The position numbers and the translations under genes were made by a program. The notes beneath the pieces are model-generated. The model did no database searches and was not told the DNA's origin. It saw only the letters and a list, made by a program, of their open reading frames with translations. From a virus (taxonomy: Duplodnaviria > Caudoviricetes): a stretch of 42,634 nucleotides of DNA. Below are positions 35,430 to 42,634 of this stretch, piece by piece; the stretch's first letter is position 1; the number at the start of each line of letters is the position of its first letter. The stretch spans positions 1-42,634 of the IMG/VR virus record IMGVR_UViG_3300033489_000157; one strand, given 5' to 3'.

Positions 35430-35654
35430 ATGAAAATCAGATGGTTAAACAGCGATCAACACCTGCCGCCGATAATGAGACTGCTAAGAGTCGGCGACAT
35501 TATCGACACCGACGGCACGGACATTTCGGATGATGTAGTGCGGGATTGGATTGCCCAGGGCTTTGCGGAACGGACGACCGATCCGTTGCCTGAGCCTGAG
35601 GAAGAAGAAATCAATAGATCGGTTAATCCAAAGGGCAAAAGGAAAAAACCATAG
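35430..35654 (+). CDS. Small hypothetical protein
   Basis: 74 aa; WIAQGFAE motif and basic tail, similar in style to 30642-30866. Confidence 0.6.
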   Translation: MKIRWLNSDQHLPPIMRLLRVGDIIDTDGTDISDDVVRDWIAQGFAERTTDPLPEPEEEEINRSVNPKGKRKKP

Positions 35655-35671
35655 AGGCATAGGAGGCTAAC

Positions 35672-36712
35672 ATGGGGGATGTGGAAAAAAGGCTAAACAA
35701 GGCAGCTATTAAGAAAGCAACGGAATGGGGTGTGGTCGTTGCCGGGCTGGACGGGGCTGGCAACGGATTCCTGCCGCTGAACCCGGGCTCGCCGAAGCGG
35801 AACGTCCAGATGCTTGAGGACGAAAGCGCCTCGGCATTTGACGTCAACCTTGACATTGGTCCTTACGGTCCGTCCGACTTCAGCCTGGACTTCGACTACC
35901 GGTGGGACGGCCTGGAAAACATTCTGCTCGGCCTGCTCATGGGAGTCGATACCGCACCGGCCCAGCAGGGCGGGACCGCGGCCTATCTTCACACGATCAC
36001 GCTGGTGAATTCCGTCGTGGGGCTTTACGGTTCATACGCGGTCGAAAAGGGAGACATGGTCCACACCGTTCCGACATTCAAGGTGCTCAAGGCAACGCTG
36101 TCGACAAGCGGTGGGCTTCTCAAGGCGGCTTTCAATCTGAGGGGAAGTCATATCACGGACGCAACGGCAACGCTTGGCTCGACGACGGTCCCGGCCAATT
36201 CGCATATCCGGGCGAAATTCCAACAGGCGGTATTCCGCATGAACGACTATACGCTCGCGGGCGGGGGCACGACCCTGGGCGCGGGCCACGTCATCAAGCC
36301 GAAGACGTTCAGCCTTGAGATCGAACGCAAGATGGACGGCGAACACGTCTCGGGCGATCAAGTGATCATCGAGCCGATCGAGAATGACAAGCCCGGAGTG
36401 AAGCTCACAATGGAATTCCCTAGGATGGACGACACGAACGCAGCCTACTTCGCGGCCTGGCTTGCCGCGACGGACAAGAAGGCGGATATCGTCGTGACCG
36501 GACCCCTGGCAGCGGTCGGCTATTACTACGTTCTCAATATCCAATTCCCGCACCTCATCATCGAAGACGTCGAATATGCCGATTCGAAGATCATTCCCGC
36601 GAAGATCGTCCTTCGGGGCGCGACGGCCGATGTGGCACAAACGGGAATCACGGGGCTTTTGCCCGTCGGGATTTTCCTGACCAACCTTCGAGTGGCGAGT
36701 CTCATCGCATAG
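35672..36712 (+). CDS. Major tail tube protein, paralog 1
   Basis: AGGAGG RBS; between the terminator-like gene and the chaperone; AYLHTIT motif; clearly paralogous to 36722. Confidence 0.8.
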   Translation: MGDVEKRLNKAAIKKATEWGVVVAGLDGAGNGFLPLNPGSPKRNVQMLEDESASAFDVNLDIGPYGPSDFSLDFDYRWDGLENILLGLLMGVDTAPAQQGGTAAYLHTITLVNSVVGLYGSYAVEKGDMVHTVPTFKVLKATLSTSGGLLKAAFNLRGSHITDATATLGSTTVPANSHIRAKFQQAVFRMNDYTLAGGGTTLGAGHVIKPKTFSLEIERKMDGEHVSGDQVIIEPIENDKPGVKLTMEFPRMDDTNAAYFAAWLAATDKKADIVVTGPLAAVGYYYVLNIQFPHLIIEDVEYADSKIIPAKIVLRGATADVAQTGITGLLPVGIFLTNLRVASLIA

Positions 36713-36721
36713 GAGGACATC

Positions 36722-38080
36722 ATGGGGGACATTGAGAAAAGGCTAAATAAGGCAGCTGTAAAACTTGCCGATGACTGGGGGACGGCGGTCGATACCGACG
36801 CCGCCGGGATGGGATTCTTACCGCTTAATCCCGGAGCTCCGAAGGCTGCGGTCCAAATGATGGAGGACGAGAGTTACGGAGCTTTCGAATCAAATCTCGA
36901 CGTAGGGCTCATAAACCCAACGGACTTCTCTCTGGACTTCGATTACCGCTGGGATGGTCGGGAGAATCTACTCCTGGCGATGCTCATGGGAACGGCCGGG
37001 CTGCCCGGGATGTACTTCATCGTGAGCGCCGCGAACAACAAGCTCGACTTTGGGGAAGGTGCGGCGGAGATCACGGCAACGCTGACGAATGCGACTTATA
37101 CCGGAGCGGCCTTGGCGGCGGAGATCAAGACGCAGCTTGATGCCGGGGGAGCCCTGACTTACACGGTGACATATTCGGCGACGACCCGGAAGTTTACAAT
37201 CGCGGCGGGTGGGAACTTCGAACTCAAATGGTTCACGGGAACGCACAAGGCTACGGATTGTTCAACGCTCTGCGGCTTTTCGGACGCGGCGGATGATACC
37301 GGAGCGGCAACCTACACGTCGGATGTAGCCGGTATTGGACTGGCGCTCAACTACCTTCATTCGTTCGTTCTCGGTAATTCCGCTTTCGGGATTTTCGGGA
37401 CCTACGCGACGGAGAAGTATTCCAAAATCCACACGGTCCCGAGCTTCAAGGTTCTAAAAGGCACGTTCTCGTTGAGCGGCGGGCTGATTAAAGTCGCTTT
37501 CAATCTGAGGGGAATCCAGGTCCTCGACGACTCGGCGCTCCCCGCCGCGTTCACATCGACAACGGTGACGGGTAACACGCACGCGCGCGCGAAGTTCAGC
37601 CAAGCCGTCTTTCACATGAATGCCCAAGCTGGGGACGACTTTGTGGACGGCGATATCGTCCGGCCCAAAACCTTCACGCTGGAGACCGAACGGAAGATGG
37701 ATTCGGAGCACGTCGCCGGGGTACAGACGATCGTCGAGCCAAGGGAGAATGATAAGCCGAGCGTCAAACTGACCCTGGAATTCCCGCGCATGGACACGGC
37801 CAACGCGGCCTATTTCGCCGATTGGATCGCGGGGACCGAGAAGAAGGCGGATCTGACCATCACCGGTCCGGTCATCGAGGGGGCTTATAGTTACTACCTG
37901 AAATTCCAATTCCCGCGGTTCATCATCGAGGACGTCGAATATGCCGATTCGAAGATCATCCCTGCCAAGATCGTCTTGCGCGGGGTGACGGCGGACTCGG
38001 CCCCGACCGGAATGACGGGGGTCCTGGTCCCTGTCGTTTGCCAGATTCAGAACACGAGGGATGCGGACTATCTCGCTTGA
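36722..38080 (+). CDS. Tail tube protein, paralog 2, with a ~105-aa insertion
   Basis: Shares EKRLNKAA, DFSLDFDYRWDG and IIEDVEYADSKIIPAKIVLRG with paralog 1; insert at 37016-37321. Confidence 0.8.
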   Translation: MGDIEKRLNKAAVKLADDWGTAVDTDAAGMGFLPLNPGAPKAAVQMMEDESYGAFESNLDVGLINPTDFSLDFDYRWDGRENLLLAMLMGTAGLPGMYFIVSAANNKLDFGEGAAEITATLTNATYTGAALAAEIKTQLDAGGALTYTVTYSATTRKFTIAAGGNFELKWFTGTHKATDCSTLCGFSDAADDTGAATYTSDVAGIGLALNYLHSFVLGNSAFGIFGTYATEKYSKIHTVPSFKVLKGTFSLSGGLIKVAFNLRGIQVLDDSALPAAFTSTTVTGNTHARAKFSQAVFHMNAQAGDDFVDGDIVRPKTFTLETERKMDSEHVAGVQTIVEPRENDKPSVKLTLEFPRMDTANAAYFADWIAGTEKKADLTITGPVIEGAYSYYLKFQFPRFIIEDVEYADSKIIPAKIVLRGVTADSAPTGMTGVLVPVVCQIQNTRDADYLA

Positions 38081-38094
38081 TGAAGGAGAACTGC

Positions 38095-38517
38095 ATGGAC
38101 ATAAAAAAGTTACAGCCGGAGGCTGAGGTTACCTATGAATTGGAGACGACCGGAGAGCCTATCTCGATCACGTTCAGGGTTGGGTTTATCGCGCTGGACG
38201 GCATCGATGATTACGTCAAGGAATCCGTAAGAACCGATGGCGGGGTCCCCCGATTGTCAAGCATCATCCGCAAGGCCGTGAGCGAAGCAATCCATGACTG
38301 GGATTTGACGGAAGATGGCAAGCCTCTTTCCTGCACGCAGGAAAACAAGAACAAGTACCTTCCGTTGCTTTTCGGTCTGAGGGTCAAGCCGGAGAAGGAA
38401 CCGGAGGTTGTGCTGGACGCCGACGGGAAGTCCATACTCCCGGACCCGGCGGCCACGACGTTGGTCAGGATGCTGGCGGAGTTCGCAGGCAACGCGGAGA
38501 ACTTCGTAAAAAATTAG
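38095..38517 (+). CDS. Tail assembly chaperone (gpG-like)
   Basis: AAGGAG RBS; IHDWDLTEDGKPLSCTQENK motif; ends in a slippery site. Confidence 0.8.
   Translation: MDIKKLQPEAEVTYELETTGEPISITFRVGFIALDGIDDYVKESVRTDGGVPRLSSIIRKAVSEAIHDWDLTEDGKPLSCTQENKNKYLPLLFGLRVKPEKEPEVVLDADGKSILPDPAATTLVRMLAEFAGNAENFVKN
38508..38514 (+). other. -1 programmed frameshift site A AAA AAT
   Basis: X XXY YYZ heptamer just before TAG; the -1 frame is open from 38514 to 38852. Confidence 0.8.
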
Positions 38518-38852
38518 CGGCCTATCTCGACCTCTACGCCGATCGGTGGGATTCGATACTCGGACCGAAGGACCACGGGCACGGGATAGGCGAGACGACG
38601 GAGGATTGCGTGAATTGCAGACTTGACGCCATAGAAGCGAAGTTCAGTAGCTTCGAGCTGGGCGTCTGGCACTGGTATTTCGAGACGGTGAATCATTTCA
38701 CGCTTGAGACCGGGATCGTGGCCGAAGAATTTCGGCGACTGAACCTTCGCGGCATAGCGCGTCGGCTTGCTTTGGCTGCACTCAATAAAATCCATCTTGC
38801 ATTCCAGGCTGTCGCCGCCGAGCGGGCACGTAAAGCACACGGGGAAAGCTGA
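38514..38852 (+). CDS. gpT-like extension of the tail chaperone (reached by -1 frameshift)
   Basis: LAAYLDLYADRWDSILGPKDHGHGIGETTEDCVNCRL... reads in frame into ORF 38610..38852; TGATG overlap with the tape measure gene. Confidence 0.75.
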   Translation, partial: LAAYLDLYADRWDSILGPKDHGHGIGETTEDCVNCRLDAIEAKFSSFELGVWHWYFETVNHFTLETGIVAEEFRRLNLRGIARRLALAALNKIHLAFQAVAAERARKAHGES

Positions 38853-40969
38853 TGGCCGACGTTAAGTATATTGTAGAGTGCGACGCCACGGGTGCCTTGA
38901 AGTCTATCAAGGACCTGGACGGGGCGATCAATGCCGCCGCCGGAACGACGGCTAAAGCTAGCGGATCGTCCGGGCCATTCGGCAGCCTCTTCGCTCAATT
39001 CACTGCCGGAACACTCGTAGCCTCCGCGCTTCAAAAAGGGATCGGTGCACTTAGAGGCGTTGTCGAAAGTTCAATTACGGCCGCTATCGAATCCGAACAG
39101 GCCGAGAATAACCTAAGCGCCGCGCTTGAGATTACAGGCCGGACGGTCGAAGGGAACATCCAGCACTATAAGAAGTTTGCCGCTGAGCAGATGCGGGCTA
39201 CGACCTACACGGACGAGCAGGTCATGGCGAGCCAGGCGCTTCTCCTCCAGCTCACAAGTCTCGACCAGCAGGGGCTTGACCGGGCGACGAAGGGCGCGAT
39301 GGGTCTGGCGTCCACGATGGGGATAGACCTTCACAGCGCGACCATGATGGTCACGAAGGCGATGGAGGGAAACTACGGGGCGTTGGGCCGGGTCGGGATT
39401 AGGGTTGCCGAGAACTTGACGACGGAACAGAAGCAGGCGTCGCTTCTCGATCAGTTGAATAAGCTCTATTCGCGTTCCACGGCTGAGACGGAGACCTTCG
39501 GAGGGGCGCTGAAGCAATTAGCTAATAACTGGGATGAGGTCAAGGAGGCAGCGGGGACGGCGGTCATTAAGACCGAGGGACTTGGCACGGCCATCGTGGC
39601 CCTCAATAAAGCTATGGGAGGCTTTGTAGCTTCCGGCGCATTTGCGAATTTCCTGAACCAACTTGTTAGGTCAAGTCCGATTCTCGATCACTTCACGATG
39701 GGCTTGAAGCAGGTCACGCTTTTATTGAGCCTTGAATCGGCGAAGGCAGAACACGCCTCGAAGGTCAATGCCGGGTTGGGCGTCGCGGTCGATGTCGTGG
39801 GCAAGACCTTTGCGAAGGCGGCCCCGATGGTCAAGATTTTCGGCATCGACTTCAAGAGTCTTGTCGATATGTTCACGGGTGCCCCGGCCAAGATCAACCA
39901 GACCGGGACAGCCGTCCATAACTTGACGGCGGCGGAGATCAAGGCGGCAAAGGAAGCGGCAGATGCGAAGCATAAGTTGGCGGCCGCAGCCCAGGAGATC
40001 ATCAATAAATACCAGCCCTTGAAGGCGGCGATGGCCGCCGTGTTCAATGAGCAGAAGATGCTGACGGCGGCTTTCAAGGCCGGGGCTATCAGTGAGGCGA
40101 CATACACCATCGGCATGGATGCCGCCACGAAATCGCTCAGGGCTTTCGGGGATACGGTTATCGACACGGTCATCCCGGCATACAACAAAATGGAGGAGGT
40201 TGCTAAGAAAGCGATTGCAAATATGGCGGCCGGTCCGGCGAAAGTCACGAAGGCATATACCACGGAACTACCCAAATGGATAATGAAATTTGTAGAGACC
40301 TCGAACAAAATCACAGCGCAAGCCTCAAACTTCGTCGGTCAAGTCGACGCCATCATGCAACAGTCAACGACAAACCGGATGCTCATGCTCGACCAGGAAT
40401 ATCAGAAACGGCTTGAGCTTATCAACAACAGCAAAATGAACGAAGAGGAGAAAGAGAAAGCCATCACGGCGCTTGAGGCTGAGTATAACATGAAGCGCCG
40501 GGCGGCTCAGGTCGCGGCGGCCAAACAGCAAAAAATAATCGCCATAGCGATGGCCATAATCAACGTGGCTGAGGCATTCACAAAAGCGCTGACAGCCGGA
40601 CCAATCATCGGTCCGATCCTGGCCGGGATAATTGCCGCGATGGGCGCCGTCCAGATCGCACTCATCAAGTCCCAGCCGATCGGGGCGGCGAAGGGCGCCA
40701 TCTTCAAACAACGGGCGCTCCTCATGTCCCAGGCCAGCGGCCAGGAGTACGAGGTTGCCGAGGGCGGGGAGGCGGAGATCGTCAGCTCTCCGCGCCAACT
40801 CCGCGAGGCCATCATGGGGCCGGGCGGCACGGCCAGCGGACCCGGCTTCATCGAGATTCACCTCTACATCGACGGGAAAGAAATGAAGGACTTTATCGTC
40901 AAGACGATTCGTGAACGGGGCAGGTCGGAACTCATGCTGATTCATCCACGGGCGGTGAGGGCATACTGA
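38852..40969 (+). CDS. Tape measure protein
   Basis: 705 aa, Ala-rich and helical; follows the chaperone; C-terminal IHLYIDGKE. Confidence 0.92.
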   Translation: MADVKYIVECDATGALKSIKDLDGAINAAAGTTAKASGSSGPFGSLFAQFTAGTLVASALQKGIGALRGVVESSITAAIESEQAENNLSAALEITGRTVEGNIQHYKKFAAEQMRATTYTDEQVMASQALLLQLTSLDQQGLDRATKGAMGLASTMGIDLHSATMMVTKAMEGNYGALGRVGIRVAENLTTEQKQASLLDQLNKLYSRSTAETETFGGALKQLANNWDEVKEAAGTAVIKTEGLGTAIVALNKAMGGFVASGAFANFLNQLVRSSPILDHFTMGLKQVTLLLSLESAKAEHASKVNAGLGVAVDVVGKTFAKAAPMVKIFGIDFKSLVDMFTGAPAKINQTGTAVHNLTAAEIKAAKEAADAKHKLAAAAQEIINKYQPLKAAMAAVFNEQKMLTAAFKAGAISEATYTIGMDAATKSLRAFGDTVIDTVIPAYNKMEEVAKKAIANMAAGPAKVTKAYTTELPKWIMKFVETSNKITAQASNFVGQVDAIMQQSTTNRMLMLDQEYQKRLELINNSKMNEEEKEKAITALEAEYNMKRRAAQVAAAKQQKIIAIAMAIINVAEAFTKALTAGPIIGPILAGIIAAMGAVQIALIKSQPIGAAKGAIFKQRALLMSQASGQEYEVAEGGEAEIVSSPRQLREAIMGPGGTASGPGFIEIHLYIDGKEMKDFIVKTIRERGRSELMLIHPRAVRAY

Positions 40970-40970
40970 C

Positions 40971-41729
40971 ATGGCTAACTGCAAGTTTCTATACGACAAC
41001 CTCTGGAAGGGAATTGAGGGCACGGACCTGACGATGACGGCGTTGTCAGAGGAGACGAATTTCCCGGTGACAAACACTCAGCGCCGAATTCCGGGGCGGC
41101 GCTGGCGCTCAACCGGCTGTGTCGAGGACCAGACCATCACGGTCAACTTCTATGCCGAAGTTACGGTCCAGGCATTCTGCATTCGAGGGAATAACTTCAG
41201 CGCCGATGCCGTGGTCAAGATTCAAGGTAACGACGAGGATGTTTGGGCCGACCCCGGATTCGAGGCAACGCTGAGCCCGATAGATGAACGGGTGATGGCC
41301 GCCTACTTCGACGACCCGACGACCTATCAGTATTGGCGGCTCCTGATTTCAGACGCCTCAAACACGGATGGATATGTCGAGGCCGGGCCGATTTTCATCG
41401 GGCCGTGCTTCACGCCGCTGATTAATTACAAAAATGGATTCGCGTTCACGCCGGAGGACCTGAGCGTCATCACGACGAGCGCGGGCGGACAGCGGACGGT
41501 CGTCGTTCAGGACCAGCCGGGGGCCTGGCAGTATACATTCAGAACATCGGAGAAGGTCAACTTCGAGACTCTCCGGGCAGCCGTCGGAAGATCGCTCCCG
41601 TTCTGGTTCTGCGAGGACCCGGATGATCCTAATACAAAAACCCAATACGTGATCGCCCTGGCCTGGAAGTGGGATCACGTTCACATGGACGTCTGGAACT
41701 TGACGTTGACCCTGGCCGAAGAGATGTAA
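40971..41729 (+). CDS. Distal tail (Dit-like) protein with galactose-binding-like domain
   Basis: Directly after the tape measure gene; RWRST...YQYWRLLISD...GYVEAG; LTLAEE terminus. Confidence 0.7.
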   Translation: MANCKFLYDNLWKGIEGTDLTMTALSEETNFPVTNTQRRIPGRRWRSTGCVEDQTITVNFYAEVTVQAFCIRGNNFSADAVVKIQGNDEDVWADPGFEATLSPIDERVMAAYFDDPTTYQYWRLLISDASNTDGYVEAGPIFIGPCFTPLINYKNGFAFTPEDLSVITTSAGGQRTVVVQDQPGAWQYTFRTSEKVNFETLRAAVGRSLPFWFCEDPDDPNTKTQYVIALAWKWDHVHMDVWNLTLTLAEEM

Positions 41730-41731
41730 GC

Positions 41732-42634
41732 ATGAATTTCGCCGATCTGCTCGAACTTCCCGATTCCCGGCGGCTCGTTGTCTGCGAGCACTATCCGGCC
41801 ATCGAACTGGAATATCTGGAGTGGACGGCGACGGGCGACGGGGCTTATTACGCAGACATGGCGGACGGGGAGATTATCGAGGTCCTGGAGGACGGGTCAG
41901 GATACGCCGAGGTTTTTTCGGCGGCGGACTGCGATGCGACGACATCGACGTTCTTTATGGATGTGACCAATCGGCGGCTCTACCTTCACACCTCGAACGG
42001 GGATAGCCCGGCGCATCAGACCGACGGGACCTATGACTTTTGCATCCTGGGATATTTCATCATTGGATTCAGCGACCGCATGGACTCAAGCGGTCGGGAC
42101 CCCGTATTCGAACCAGAGATCGAGAAACTTCTGGACGGCGGACTGGAGGACTGGATCGATGCGGATGAGCTGACCTACTGGACCAAGAGCGAATCGAGTG
42201 GCTCGTCAATAAGCCGGGAGGAGACCGAGGTTCACGGCGGGGCCTACGCGGCCAAGTTCACGGTCGATGCCGGGGACAAATGGTTTGAGCGTATGGAGTA
42301 CGCGACGGACGCCCTGGCCCAGGCGGCCTATGTCGCCGAGTATAACACGACGGGCGGGATCGTGACGATGGCCGGTGGCTATCGCATCCATACGTTCTAT
42401 GAGAGCGGAACGTTTACGGTCTTGTCCGGGTCGGTTGATGCCGAGGTCCTGGTCGTCGGGGGCGGCGGCGGAGGAGGCGGAGACGTCACGGCCGAATGCG
42501 GCGGCGGAGGCGGGGGCGGGGGCGGACTGCTATACGACGATGTCTATTCGGTCAGCGGGGCGATGGCTGTAACGGTCGGCGAAGGTGGACTCGGCGGCAC
42601 GGACAGGGATCTCAAGGGCGGGACCGGCGAGGAT
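41732..42634 (+). CDS. 5' part of the large tail tip protein (continues at window start; missed by the ORF track)
   Basis: Manual translation from ATG 41732 (MNFADLLELPDSRRLVV...) is open for 301 codons and joins ORF 81..3461 in frame. Confidence 0.9.
   Translation, partial: MNFADLLELPDSRRLVVCEHYPAIELEYLEWTATGDGAYYADMADGEIIEVLEDGSGYAEVFSAADCDATTSTFFMDVTNRRLYLHTSNGDSPAHQTDGTYDFCILGYFIIGFSDRMDSSGRDPVFEPEIEKLLDGGLEDWIDADELTYWTKSESSGSSISREETEVHGGAYAAKFTVDAGDKWFERMEYATDALAQAAYVAEYNTTGGIVTMAGGYRIHTFYESGTFTVLSGSVDAEVLVVGGGGGGGGDVTAECGGGGGGGGGLLYDDVYSVSGAMAVTVGEGGLGGTDRDLKGGTGED
42483..42634. repeat. Terminal overlap with 1-152
   Basis: Direct comparison with the window start. Confidence 0.95.

Larger units (their letters stand above)
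1..42634. mobile_element. Complete temperate tailed phage (siphovirus morphology predicted), circular form
   Basis: Full set of modules, overlapping ends, intact attP-like site, no host genes, no sheath gene. Confidence 0.93.

Noticed and set aside
42483-42634. True virion direct terminal repeat
   Set aside because: It falls mid-gene and far from the terminase genes; more consistent with an assembly overlap.

Overview
The window is an essentially complete, circularly permuted temperate siphovirus-type phage genome. It is about 42,482 bp once the 152-bp end overlap is removed. The modules are: a lysogeny module (tyrosine integrase, tRNA-Ser-like attP, divergent cI/cro switch, xis); recombination and replication genes; lysis (NlpC/P60 endolysin, overlapping spanin-like pair); HK97-type head genes; and a non-contractile tail (two paralogous tube genes, -1 frameshift chaperone, tape measure, Dit). 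The most striking feature is at the tail tip. A ~1403-aa tail protein (41732 through the origin to 3461) ends in ~240 aa carrying about 50 aromatic-x-Asp/Asn motifs (mostly H-x-D, also Y-x-D and W-x-N). Its stop overlaps the start of a radical SAM/SPASM enzyme whose own C-terminus carries five H-x-D motifs, followed by a Cys-motif partner gene. This looks like a phage-encoded, triceptide/RiPP-like system that post-translationally modifies a virion protein; that is an inference and untested. Other oddities: a ~100-aa domain shared between the head-tail adaptor and the second tail tube paralog, signal-peptide-bearing fibre-like genes inside the structural module, a second radical SAM gene flanked by two nucleoside-deoxyribosyltransferase-fold genes, and several apparently leaderless promoters. 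All family calls are by-eye motif recognition, with no database searches run.
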